The notes under the pieces: model-generated
What the model saw: only the letters and a program-made list of their open reading frames with translations
Told to the model about the DNA's origin: nothing
Database searches by the model: none
Made by a program: the position numbers and the translations under genes
Part shown: piece by piece, positions 55,316-64,000 of the stretch
How the letters are laid out: the number at the start of each line of letters is the position of its first letter
How positions within the stretch are numbered: the first letter of the stretch is position 1
DNA from: a virus
Length of the DNA: 64,000 nt
Direction: 5' to 3' (one strand)
IMG/VR virus record: IMGVR_UViG_3300027719_000003
Span: 1-64,000 of that record

Positions 55316-58300
55316 CTGCATCTCCTTTCAGCGTTCCTGCTTCACTCATCTCTGCCCATGATCCATCGATCTCGGACTGCTCCTTTTCGATAGTCAGTGG
55401 TACGTTAATCCAGTCCCAATGCTCCCGTACCTTCTGCGTCCCATAATCCCAATACCAGTAATCAATCAAGTCCTGTTCACTTGGATGGGCGTCGAAAATA
55501 CAACTATCGTGAATCTCTCCAATGATCCTAGAGCGCTCCAGCCGCATGACCTTTTTATTGACTTGATTCATCGTCCATTGTAAAATATGGTACGAACTGC
55601 CTTGCACTGGTGTATTGAATGTATTATTTCTACTCATAGGCCCATAACACTTGAACCCCGTCTTCAGCTCGACATACCCGTGCTTCTGGTAAAATTTCCA
55701 TTGTGACTCACGCCATTCATTATGTACAGGAAAGCGGTCTTCCCACAGGATACGTTCTGCTTCCTGTATATGTCTCTCGAAATCATCGAAATTCTTTACA
55801 CCCTTGTCAAAAAGATGCTGGCGTAAATTATGTACCTCGGCGGTTTCCCACAAGTCCTTAGCAACCTGTTTGTAGAAAGAGCCATAGAACTCGGCAAAAA
55901 CAAATTGGCCCTTCACATCTCCACGTAATGCTTTTGTAACCTCCTCTGGTTTAAGCATGAAGCAATCGGCGGCAGAGTCTCGATGCATGTCGGTAGTAGG
56001 ATCGAGCAGATACTTAATAAGTGTCGGGTCTTTTGAGAACATGCAATTCCCGGAAACTTCCAAAGATTTGTAGTCCATTTCTACAATCCTATTACCTTTA
56101 GAGGGAGTTATGAACTCTCGCAGTAACTTTTTAGCGTTTTTGTCCCGCTTAGGTTGGTTTTGAACGTTTGGAGCGTTGGCAGAATTATGCACGCAAATCT
56201 CATTGGCGATAAAGTTATGCGTATCCTCTACTTCCAGATCATACACATCCACTGCATCAGGAAGGACTTCTACAGCATAAACTGTTCTTACGCCGTCTGC
56301 CAAATACTCATAAGGCAAAATGACTCCTCCTAGCACTAGTTGGAATTTCTTCTCCTTCAGAAGCCTCCCTGCCTCAATATAATCCCCATCATTTTTACGA
56401 ATCAAATGCTCTGGAGTTACATCGAGATGAATTTCATAAATGCCGTCCTCGTTATACCCTCCAATATAATGTAGCCGCACTACATTACGATGCCCAGTCT
56501 TTCCTGCCCACAGGACACGTTTATGTGTCATGGTGTACTTATCCGAATACGTTATAGCGTATGCGTTCTCTATATCCTCTACATTCTCTATACACACTTC
56601 CCTAACATTATTTCCATTAGAGTCGCATATCAGTACCTTACTCCCCCTAGCCACGCAAGACCTAAAAGTATCTACCCTATTGATATTAAAGTACGGATGA
56701 ATCTTCCCACCAATCACCTCAGTCTTGTACTGTGCTATATATGTATTCCGCATCTTGAACAGCTTACGATACGCCAATATATCCTTTATGATCGGCACAT
56801 CCAACTTCGCCAACGTCTCCTCATCCACGCTAGGCTTCTTGGCGTCGGTGTATTTTGTCGGTGTAAGCCCCATAATCTCATAGAGAAGTTTTGATAACTG
56901 TGGAGATGACTGATAATTAAACGTCCCATCTGTCCACTGTCCCAATAAGGGGCTTCCCATGATCTTCTGGTGCTGTACAAGCATCTGCGTGTCCAGTTCT
57001 TCCTGTACCTCCTGTAGCTTGTCAAGAGTGACATTGAACCCATTGGCCTGAGCAATCGTTAATGTCTGTGCCGACTCCATAAAGAATTCAAAACCTTTAC
57101 GCTGAAAGGCAGACATACGGGCAGACTGGCGATCAGCCAGCTTGAAGGTGTAGAGAGAATCCAAGGCACCATAGGTAAGTAAAGGTTCCATGGGGGCACG
57201 ATGTATCTGGTTGATAGCGTTGGCACCATGTAGTTTCTCCTCTGCGGCAGTTGCCTTGAGATATTCATCCACCTCATCATCATACCCAGAGTGGCCGAAT
57301 TCAGTATAGACCATGAACTTGAGGCCCGTAGGCTTTTGGTTACTCAGGCAGTGTTGAGCAAGCATCGTATCCCAATCCCAGTTCGCTACCCAATAGCCGC
57401 ATTGTACATACGTCCATAGCATCTCGAATGAAAGGTTCTGTGCTATTTTCTTGACATCTGAAAGCATAAGAGCCTTCCATGCGGCTTTGAACTTATCACT
57501 CGTAAAGAACGGGAATGAATAGGAAGCATAGCCATCGCTAATCGATACTGACCATATCTTCTGGCCTTCCCGGTGCGGCTTCCTTCCCGTGGTCTCATAG
57601 TCGAACGCCATACGCTTCCAGCTCATAGCCTGTTCAATCCACTCGATAGCCTTTGACTCATCCTGCGTGATGGCAGTCTGGTCTCTATAATCTATTAAAG
57701 ATACTGGCTGTAGATTAAAGGCTTTATAGAGATGATCTTTCCACATACCATAGAAGGCTATGTCTCGTTCATACCGTGGCTTTGATTCATTGCCATCATC
57801 ATACGACTTCCGCTCCATCATAGACGCTACAGACCAGATCGGCGTGAGCCATGTCTTATATTCCTGATCGGGAATATGTTCTCCTACAAAGGCAGAAAAC
57901 GCTAGTCCGGTAATACGTCCAGAAAGGCGTGGCTCAATAAGCGAATCAAAGCCGGTTTCACCAAGAAGAATGATAGACACCGGCTTCAGCTTATTGATAA
58001 GGCTAAGAAGCCTAGAACGACAAGCGCTGATCTCCGTGAAGTTCGGGGCACGATTCTTTGATGGGGCACAATTGATAGCCGTAGTGTAGTAGCAATCCTT
58101 CGCCATGTCAATACCAAGCTGACGAAGGGTATCATGGATGAAACAATACTCTAGGCCAGAACCAAGCTCCCCAGCGTCGTCTTCATCATAGGAAGGCCGA
58201 GTGCCAACGATAAGTACTTGCTTCTGGCCTTCCCCGGTGAAACGGAGCTTAGGGCTATGGCACCCCTCGTTCAGCCTACAATCTTCACACGACAAGGTAG

Positions 58301-58382
58301 AGCGTTTGACTGCTACCTTGGAGGACACCCGCTCATCGCCCCGAATGGTTGGGGCGTCCTCAAGTAAGTTAAAAAACCCCAA
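55299..58382 (-). CDS. family A DNA polymerase with N-terminal UDG-like domain, 3'-5' exonuclease and intein
   Basis: CEDC..C/NCAP...EISAC UDG family-4-like domain; FDYETTG exonuclease; PNVQN, MDYKSLE, EIHDS polymerase motifs. Confidence 0.93.
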   Translation of the reverse strand: MGFFNLLEDAPTIRGDERVSSKVAVKRSTLSCEDCRLNEGCHSPKLRFTGEGQKQVLIVGTRPSYDEDDAGELGSGLEYCFIHDTLRQLGIDMAKDCYYTTAINCAPSKNRAPNFTEISACRSRLLSLINKLKPVSIILLGETGFDSLIEPRLSGRITGLAFSAFVGEHIPDQEYKTWLTPIWSVASMMERKSYDDGNESKPRYERDIAFYGMWKDHLYKAFNLQPVSLIDYRDQTAITQDESKAIEWIEQAMSWKRMAFDYETTGRKPHREGQKIWSVSISDGYASYSFPFFTSDKFKAAWKALMLSDVKKIAQNLSFEMLWTYVQCGYWVANWDWDTMLAQHCLSNQKPTGLKFMVYTEFGHSGYDDEVDEYLKATAAEEKLHGANAINQIHRAPMEPLLTYGALDSLYTFKLADRQSARMSAFQRKGFEFFMESAQTLTIAQANGFNVTLDKLQEVQEELDTQMLVQHQKIMGSPLLGQWTDGTFNYQSSPQLSKLLYEIMGLTPTKYTDAKKPSVDEETLAKLDVPIIKDILAYRKLFKMRNTYIAQYKTEVIGGKIHPYFNINRVDTFRSCVARGSKVLICDSNGNNVREVCIENVEDIENAYAITYSDKYTMTHKRVLWAGKTGHRNVVRLHYIGGYNEDGIYEIHLDVTPEHLIRKNDGDYIEAGRLLKEKKFQLVLGGVILPYEYLADGVRTVYAVEVLPDAVDVYDLEVEDTHNFIANEICVHNSANAPNVQNQPKRDKNAKKLLREFITPSKGNRIVEMDYKSLEVSGNCMFSKDPTLIKYLLDPTTDMHRDSAADCFMLKPEEVTKALRGDVKGQFVFAEFYGSFYKQVAKDLWETAEVHNLRQHLFDKGVKNFDDFERHIQEAERILWEDRFPVHNEWRESQWKFYQKHGYVELKTGFKCYGPMSRNNTFNTPVQGSSYHILQWTMNQVNKKVMRLERSRIIGEIHDSCIFDAHPSEQDLIDYWYWDYGTQKVREHWDWINVPLTIEKEQSEIDGSWAEMSEAGTLKGDADASNY
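56184..56657 (-). mobile_element. mini-intein (158 aa, no endonuclease evident)
   Basis: CVARGSKV...VTPEH...VYDLEVEDTHNFIANEICVHN followed by Ser. Confidence 0.92.
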
Positions 58383-58392
58383 TCAGTCCTCC

Positions 58393-59160
58393 TTATGCTT
58401 CTTCTATCCGTTTCTTAGCGATCTCAAAGTAAGTATCGTCTTTTTCTATACCGATGAATCTTCTGTATAGGTTCTTGCAAGCTACTCCTGTACTGCCCGA
58501 ACCCATAGCATTGTCTAACACAATCTCGCCTTCAAGCGTGTAGGTCTTAATCAGGTATTCAAGAAGGGCTACTGGCTTTTGAGTTGGATGCACTTTTCCA
58601 CGTGCATCCCTAGCAAAGTATATAAGTTGTTTGGCTAATAGCTTATCTGGTTCGTAATCTCTACCATGATAATTCTGGGTTTCATCCATCACTGTCTCTG
58701 ACCAAGAATCCCCCATCACATCTTTCACATTTTTAGTAATCTTACTGGGATTTTTAGAAAGATGCCTACGGGATACCCCTGCTGGATTTATGGTTTTCTG
58801 TGAATTATACGTGGGCTGATGCGCATAAAACACACTTATAATTTCTATTATTTTTATGGGCATTTTATTACCAAAAAGAAAGTTTGCCCCTTTGTCTTTC
58901 TCCCAGTACCAGTCATAGCGGTAATCCTTTATATTACTCAGCCTCAAAGAACTTGAAAACGGCTCACTACCAAACAAAACTATAGCGCCATCGTTCTTAA
59001 TGATTCTCTTATATTGCTCCCATAGTGGCTCAAACGGGATAACCGCGTCCCACTTACATTTTGTAGTGCCATAAGGAAGATCACATAGAATCATATCGAC
59101 GCTTTTATCTGCTATGCTTTGCATTTCAACAAGACAGTCACCATGAATTAGTGTCGCCAT
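58393..59160 (-). CDS. DNA methyltransferase (N6-A/N4-C, beta class)
   Basis: CDLPYG, HPTQKP, DNAMGSGST. Confidence 0.92.
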   Translation of the reverse strand: MATLIHGDCLVEMQSIADKSVDMILCDLPYGTTKCKWDAVIPFEPLWEQYKRIIKNDGAIVLFGSEPFSSSLRLSNIKDYRYDWYWEKDKGANFLFGNKMPIKIIEIISVFYAHQPTYNSQKTINPAGVSRRHLSKNPSKITKNVKDVMGDSWSETVMDETQNYHGRDYEPDKLLAKQLIYFARDARGKVHPTQKPVALLEYLIKTYTLEGEIVLDNAMGSGSTGVACKNLYRRFIGIEKDDTYFEIAKKRIEEA

Positions 59161-59170
59161 TCCTACCTCC

Positions 59171-60208
59171 TTACTTCAACGTATTCAGCATCAACGTACT
59201 TCGTTCTCCATACAGCACCAGCATCAGATACTCATGTGTATCCCGCTGTATATGCTTCACACCCATCTTCGTACTCTTCTTGAGGCCATACAAGAACTGT
59301 GTATAGTCTACTTTGAGCGTCACCGGCTCTACATCCAACGGCTCATCAAACTCCACCAATTCCTCATAAGCATCAGAACCGCTATGCGTTTTCACCTCTA
59401 TACCTTCAGGAGATATCGTAATCTCTATCGGGTGTAAATTCTCTTCAGTAGCAGTAAATGGTGCCGCCCTGTTCGCCGCTTCGAGTAGCCCTACCGGGAT
59501 ATCAAAGTTCGGCACTTCTTCGATCTTACACATACCGTAGTACGTCCTTATAAGGTCAGTCTGGTACTGCTCATCATTCAAGCGCCTAAACGCCATCACA
59601 GTAGCACCATCAGTAATCCAGAGATGTGATTGTGATACACCATACGAGCTGAAGATATTCCCCGCTTTAATGATGACCTTGACACCAGAATCGTTAATCC
59701 AGAACCTCGGGGAATCCTTGGAAAGCTCCACGAAGTTTATCCTATTGCGATCAGTGGACATGGCTGAGAACCCATCGAACAGGATACCGGCAAAGGTAGT
59801 CTTGTTGCCGGGGATAAGGCACGATACGAAAGCATCGTAGTAATCTGACGGCAGATCAATCATAGGCGGCGGGGCCAAGTAGAGAACAGAATTCTTCGTT
59901 ACCGGGAACGTCTTGAGAGACGCCTTAGCCTTGCCACCCTTGAGTATAAGCACCGCATCCTTTAACTCTATGCTTACTTCCGGCACGGCGTAACGCTTGA
60001 GCGTCGTGAGAAGGTCATAGATGGAAACGCTTACCTCAAGCTCTTCAGAGAACTTGAATTTGGTTTTGATTGCTATGGTATCAGAGAATGTGTAGAGGTG
60101 GCCGTTGAAGGCTGTAACCCTATCACACCCGCTGATCTGCGTACTGGTAGAAGCCCCCGGCACTACAATCTCCAAAGCCGCTATTAGTTTTAGTCGATCT
60201 ACTTTCAT
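59171..60208 (-). CDS. DNA sliding clamp (beta-clamp-like)
   Basis: 345 aa; FAGILF...AMSTD.NRI pattern; clamp loader present. Confidence 0.7.
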   Translation of the reverse strand: MKVDRLKLIAALEIVVPGASTSTQISGCDRVTAFNGHLYTFSDTIAIKTKFKFSEELEVSVSIYDLLTTLKRYAVPEVSIELKDAVLILKGGKAKASLKTFPVTKNSVLYLAPPPMIDLPSDYYDAFVSCLIPGNKTTFAGILFDGFSAMSTDRNRINFVELSKDSPRFWINDSGVKVIIKAGNIFSSYGVSQSHLWITDGATVMAFRRLNDEQYQTDLIRTYYGMCKIEEVPNFDIPVGLLEAANRAAPFTATEENLHPIEITISPEGIEVKTHSGSDAYEELVEFDEPLDVEPVTLKVDYTQFLYGLKKSTKMGVKHIQRDTHEYLMLVLYGERSTLMLNTLK

Positions 60209-60399
60209 TCGTCATCCTCATCACAATCGTTATGGTGCTCTTCCTTCACTTCAACCGAAGTATCCCACTCTATCGCCGTGCTCACATCTAAGATACTACC
60301 ACAGTCAGGACACTCCAGTTCCTCATTGCTCAATTCAGTGTCGCCCCACATGGTATGGTCGCACACCGGGCACTCTATAGTCCAAGATGACATTATCAT
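60205..60399 (-). CDS. small Zn-ribbon protein
   Basis: CPVC...CPDC. Confidence 0.6.
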   Translation of the reverse strand: MIMSSWTIECPVCDHTMWGDTELSNEELECPDCGSILDVSTAIEWDTSVEVKEEHHNDCDEDDE

Positions 60400-60408
60400 A
60401 CCAACCTC

Positions 60409-60597
60409 CTAGTCTGTTATAACGCTACAAACCTCATCTATAGATGAACCAAACAACCCCTCATTGTCTCTATAGAAGTGCCGTAGTCGATCACACGCAT
60501 ACTGAATAATCTGTGCTTCAAATGCGTCCACGGCCATCAGTGTATACACGTTCTCACTAACACCTAGCTTACTCAATAGGCGCTCTGTATCATTCAT
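60409..60597 (-). CDS. hypothetical protein
   Basis: GGAG RBS, packed. Confidence 0.55.
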   Translation of the reverse strand: MNDTERLLSKLGVSENVYTLMAVDAFEAQIIQYACDRLRHFYRDNEGLFGSSIDEVCSVITD

Positions 60598-60605
60598 GCT
60601 GGCTC

Positions 60606-60797
60606 CTACTTGTCATAAAGACAATCCCCATTAGAATTGTACCCATCATACGCCAGCGAACATATTGTCACAGCGGCACACTGGTCACAGGTACACTCTA
60701 CTGACCCTTCATGTTCTTTATGAAATCGTCCACGCATTACTATCAATTCAGTAAAGGAATTATGCCGCGCCCACTCGTCAAGTATCTCTGTTTTCAT
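60606..60797 (-). CDS. small Cys-rich protein
   Basis: CTCDQC...CSLAYDGYNSNGDCL. Confidence 0.6.
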   Translation of the reverse strand: MKTEILDEWARHNSFTELIVMRGRFHKEHEGSVECTCDQCAAVTICSLAYDGYNSNGDCLYDK

Positions 60798-60976
60798 GTC
60801 GGAATCTCTATCCTTTCGTACCCATCACCTTTTTGACGAAGCTGAAACACTATAGCGGGCCTCCTACAATGAGAGCATCGCCACCCATTGAGTACGTCGA
60901 AAGTAGCCAGATTAGCAGGGCCTTCACGATGACAATAAGGACAAACATAGACATAAGCATTACACTCGTCATTCAT
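60794..60976 (-). CDS. small Zn-ribbon protein
   Basis: CPYC...CSHC; ATGA overlaps. Confidence 0.55.
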   Translation of the reverse strand: MNDECNAYVYVCPYCHREGPANLATFDVLNGWRCSHCRRPAIVFQLRQKGDGYERIEIPT

Positions 60977-61203
60977 ACTTGTCCCCCCTTAATCATCTCA
61001 TCCCACACCTTATCACGAAAACGGCGCAATATCGCTATCTGTTCGTCAAAATCAGTAAGATCACGTTGTAGCCGTTTCTTAACATTGTCCTTTTCTCGTT
61101 CAATCATTTGTATTTCATCATGGATGCCATACACAATAACTTCACGTCGTTTCTCTATTGGGAGTGCATTAAACAGATCACTCCATGCCTTTTCTGTGTT
61201 CAT
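60973..61203 (-). CDS. hypothetical coiled-coil protein
   Basis: Translationally coupled. Confidence 0.6.
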   Translation of the reverse strand: MNTEKAWSDLFNALPIEKRREVIVYGIHDEIQMIEREKDNVKKRLQRDLTDFDEQIAILRRFRDKVWDEMIKGGQV

Positions 61204-61409
61204 TAGTCCCCCTCTAACTTCTTACTGGTCTCTATTACTATTTCTAGGTATGTTTGCAATCTAAAAGTATTTCCACAAATATCACATTTTACTTTTTGGT
61301 CTATGTGATTAGTTGGCCCAGAAAAACGAGCGTAATAATTGTCATATTGAGCATCGCAATATGGGCAATAAAACTCGAACTCGTAAATGGAATCACTAGA
61401 GTTTGTCAT
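61203..61409 (-). CDS. small Zn-ribbon protein
   Basis: CPYC...CDIC. Confidence 0.6.
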   Translation of the reverse strand: MTNSSDSIYEFEFYCPYCDAQYDNYYARFSGPTNHIDQKVKCDICGNTFRLQTYLEIVIETSKKLEGD

Positions 61410-62803
61410 TCTGCCATCTCCTCAGCCAACCGGCTATCCAACACAAACTTGCCTATCCGCAGACACGTCAAGGCACACGCCTCATCCCATCGACTTTGTT
61501 CATCTCGATCAAGTAAGACCTTCCACCTCATTATGCCTTTCGGCTTCTCTAGGTTCGTCTGGTTCAATGCTATGAACTTGCTTACGTGTGCCAGCTTACG
61601 CATATCTTCAGCCACGTTGTCGCTCGTAAGATCATCCCCACTCAAACCTGCCCTGTTCGTCTGCGTTGCGGTTAGTACAAGGATATTGCGTTCCTGCGCC
61701 AACCGCTTCAGATTCGACCAGATATCATCAAGCTGGTGCCTATACTCATTATTTTTAGCACCCATAAGGTCAGCATAATCGATTATCAAAATATCAGTTT
61801 CGTAGTCATTATAATATAACAGATTATCCAGAACCGTCTCAATGTCCTTTACCGTTGTAGCTTTGGCGGGCATAGGGATGAACCTACAATCACCACCACG
61901 AAACATACGCTTGATCGTGGACTGCACTTCTGCTACATTCTGAAGGTTCGTTGCTTCCTTGTACACGTCCTTACTCTGTATGCGCCACTTCGTATCTTCC
62001 GTGATCCCCTCATCCACTTCCTTATCCGGTACAAAGTATGGCATAGAAACTGTCGCGTCGATCTTGGGGCTTCCCGTGAGTGACTGCCACGCCCTTCTTA
62101 GTATCTGTGCCTTGGGCATTTCCAACGTTATGAAAACACAACGCTGTCCCTGTGACATCGCCGTCTCTGCACTATAGAGAAGCCCCCACGTCTTACCGCG
62201 CTTCACCGGCGCTATAAACGATATCAAGTCCCCTCTACGGCACGGCCCTACTACCTTACCAACAGCACCCGGAAATGTCAAGGCCACTTCAGCTTCTTCT
62301 ATGAACGCCGATATGATATCACCCGGACGATGCAGGATAGAGTAGCCATCACCTTCGGGCTTCCCCACTCGCTTATAGTTCGCTATGGCACTTTCACCAG
62401 AAGCAGGATCGCCAGAAGCAATGGAAGCATTCAGCTCCTCTACGGTAAGCTCTAGTGAACGGGTCTTGAGGTAGTTGATAGCCTGATCGATATAGAAGTC
62501 GATATTGGAATCATAGTTCGCATCGTTGGAAAGGTTCTGTAGAAATTCTGCTACTGACTCCTGCTCCTCCTCATCACGTAAAGCCTTTCGGCGCTCAATG
62601 TATATATCCTGTATAGCCGCTCCCGGAACGTCATCAAATCGATCTACATATTCTTGTACCCATTCTGACACCACTTGCGCGTAACGAGTCTTGAGCGCCC
62701 GTGGCTTCAAGAGAGGCAATACTTCTTTAGCAAATTGCTTTGATGTGATTAGATGCGTTATTAGTTGTCGTTCAGGAGATAAGTCAAGTTTTGTTCGCGT
62801 CAC
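61406..62803 (-). CDS. replicative DNA helicase (DnaB-like)
   Basis: APVKRGKT Walker A, ITLEM, IIDYADL, TATQTNR, AED. Confidence 0.9.
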   Translation of the reverse strand: MTRTKLDLSPERQLITHLITSKQFAKEVLPLLKPRALKTRYAQVVSEWVQEYVDRFDDVPGAAIQDIYIERRKALRDEEEQESVAEFLQNLSNDANYDSNIDFYIDQAINYLKTRSLELTVEELNASIASGDPASGESAIANYKRVGKPEGDGYSILHRPGDIISAFIEEAEVALTFPGAVGKVVGPCRRGDLISFIAPVKRGKTWGLLYSAETAMSQGQRCVFITLEMPKAQILRRAWQSLTGSPKIDATVSMPYFVPDKEVDEGITEDTKWRIQSKDVYKEATNLQNVAEVQSTIKRMFRGGDCRFIPMPAKATTVKDIETVLDNLLYYNDYETDILIIDYADLMGAKNNEYRHQLDDIWSNLKRLAQERNILVLTATQTNRAGLSGDDLTSDNVAEDMRKLAHVSKFIALNQTNLEKPKGIMRWKVLLDRDEQSRWDEACALTCLRIGKFVLDSRLAEEMAE

Positions 62804-62811
62804 GCATCCCC

Positions 62812-62985
62812 CTATTTCCCACGTGTATCCCTCTCACTAGGATTGTTGTCTCCACAGTATATACAACAATACCCCAAAATCACGGGACTTCCACACTTCT
62901 GGCACTCTTCAATGTGCAAATACATATCTGATAATTCAGCTTTTTTCTTTTTCCACTCTTCCTCTGTTAACTGCTTATACGGCAT
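62812..62985 (-). CDS. small Zn-ribbon protein (57 aa)
   Basis: MPYKQLTEEEW...CQKC...CIYC; fills gap before helicase. Confidence 0.5.
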   Translation of the reverse strand: MPYKQLTEEEWKKKKAELSDMYLHIEECQKCGSPVILGYCCIYCGDNNPSERDTRGK

Positions 62986-63682
62986 CGTTCATGTCCTCCC
63001 GTTTCGGCTCCTTTGATAGAACAGAATACAATTTCTGTAGCTGAGACCTCCCAACCTCATCGAATTCCTCTGGCACCAACCCCAAATCCACCGCATCAAG
63101 CTGATCCTTGAAGTCTTCATAGGAAGTAAATCCACGTTCTACAATAGCTCCGATGATATTCAGTACAGAATAAATGTGGGAATTCCCCGCAAAGTTCCCC
63201 CGATCCTTGTACTTGTAGCTTCGTATAAGGGAACTCAAGGGATATTCTGAACCGCAGAACCATGTATCCTCCAACAGATGCGCATTCCTCCAATGATCGC
63301 TGTAGTATACTGATGTTACATTCCTATCGTTGATTTCAGCCCCTATTTGAATATGGGCGTAATCGAATGAATCCACAAGCTCTTTGAGAGAAGGATGAAG
63401 ATAATTACATAGCTGTACTATGGTGCCCCCAAGTCTTATTGTAGTGGCATTTTTAGTGGTGGATAAAACAGGAATGTTATCGAAATCCAAACGTTCAAAA
63501 GACGATTTTCCCAAAGATAGCTTTCCTGTAGGGTAAATATCAATATCATTCGGAGGAGACTTGTTAAGTGAATTGCCCCCAACATAAAAATTAAGAATAC
63601 CCAAATCCTGCAAAGCAGCTATTGGTACACGCTTATGAACCCTATCGATAATCCTAGTAGCAATCGTTTCAGTTATCTCCAC
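62975..63682 (-). CDS. Pol-beta-family nucleotidyltransferase-like protein
   Basis: YVGG...DIDIY, later FDY motif resembling CCA/poly(A) polymerase head domains. Confidence 0.55.
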   Translation of the reverse strand: MEITETIATRIIDRVHKRVPIAALQDLGILNFYVGGNSLNKSPPNDIDIYPTGKLSLGKSSFERLDFDNIPVLSTTKNATTIRLGGTIVQLCNYLHPSLKELVDSFDYAHIQIGAEINDRNVTSVYYSDHWRNAHLLEDTWFCGSEYPLSSLIRSYKYKDRGNFAGNSHIYSVLNIIGAIVERGFTSYEDFKDQLDAVDLGLVPEEFDEVGRSQLQKLYSVLSKEPKREDMNDAV

Positions 63683-63926
63683 TTTGTACCTCCATTATAG
63701 CCGAACGAATTGAATCCTGTGTCCATACATATGATCCAAGTACCTTATCATAGGAAGTAGGATTACGGAGATGAGCTATAGCCTTGTCCGCACATTCTTG
63801 TCGGACTCTCTCCCGATCTGCTATAATAGCCATAATCGATTCATTAAGGGTAAGCTCATTGCGAATATCAAGAGCCAAGGACATACCTTCACAAGCCTCG
63901 TTACAGTGTAAATAATCACGTGGCAT
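63669..63926 (-). CDS. hypothetical protein
   Basis: 85-aa ORF, packed. Confidence 0.55.
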   Translation of the reverse strand: MPRDYLHCNEACEGMSLALDIRNELTLNESIMAIIADRERVRQECADKAIAHLRNPTSYDKVLGSYVWTQDSIRSAIMEVQSGDN

Positions 63927-64000
63927 CCTTTTGGCAGTAGTGACACGACTACGCCCCTCTTCAAGTTCTGCGGACTCAACAAATGCACATACTCGATCTT

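Noticed and set aside
1-64000. Genome-wide TAG reassignment
   Set aside because: Well-defined genes end in TAG at natural C-termini (19825-19827, 35580-35582, 40283-40285), and long genes are uninterrupted under the standard code.
1-64000. Prophage boundary or lysogeny module
   Set aside because: No integrase, CI-like repressor or host housekeeping genes recognised in the window.

Overview
The window is a large part of a tailed dsDNA phage genome (siphovirus-like); no integrase or repressor is recognisable. The + strand carries a block of small early-type genes (~6.5-12.5 kb), then terminase, portal, head, tail and lysis genes (15.4-36.2 kb). The - strand carries replication, recombination and nucleotide-metabolism genes: DnaB helicase, sliding clamp and loader, PolA with a UDG-like domain and a mini-intein, RecA, SSB, a split SbcCD, ThyX-like, dUTPase, RNA ligase, two DNA methylases and a four-gene nucleotide-sugar/glycosyltransferase cluster. 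The most striking signal is an integron-style gene-cassette system inside the phage. Three small genes at 51.6-52.6 kb are separated by canonical-looking attC sites, and a DNA methylase gene at 1.3-2.2 kb has the same cassette boundaries. Both loci sit 4 bp downstream of an identical 39-bp promoter/attI-like element, and no integron integrase is present in the window. Other notable items are a circularly permuted tRNA-like RNA, two near-coincident overlapping spanin-like ORFs, an in-frame amber codon in dUTPase, an apparent ATC start codon and a c4-like RNA leader. All family assignments come from motif recognition by eye, not database searches.
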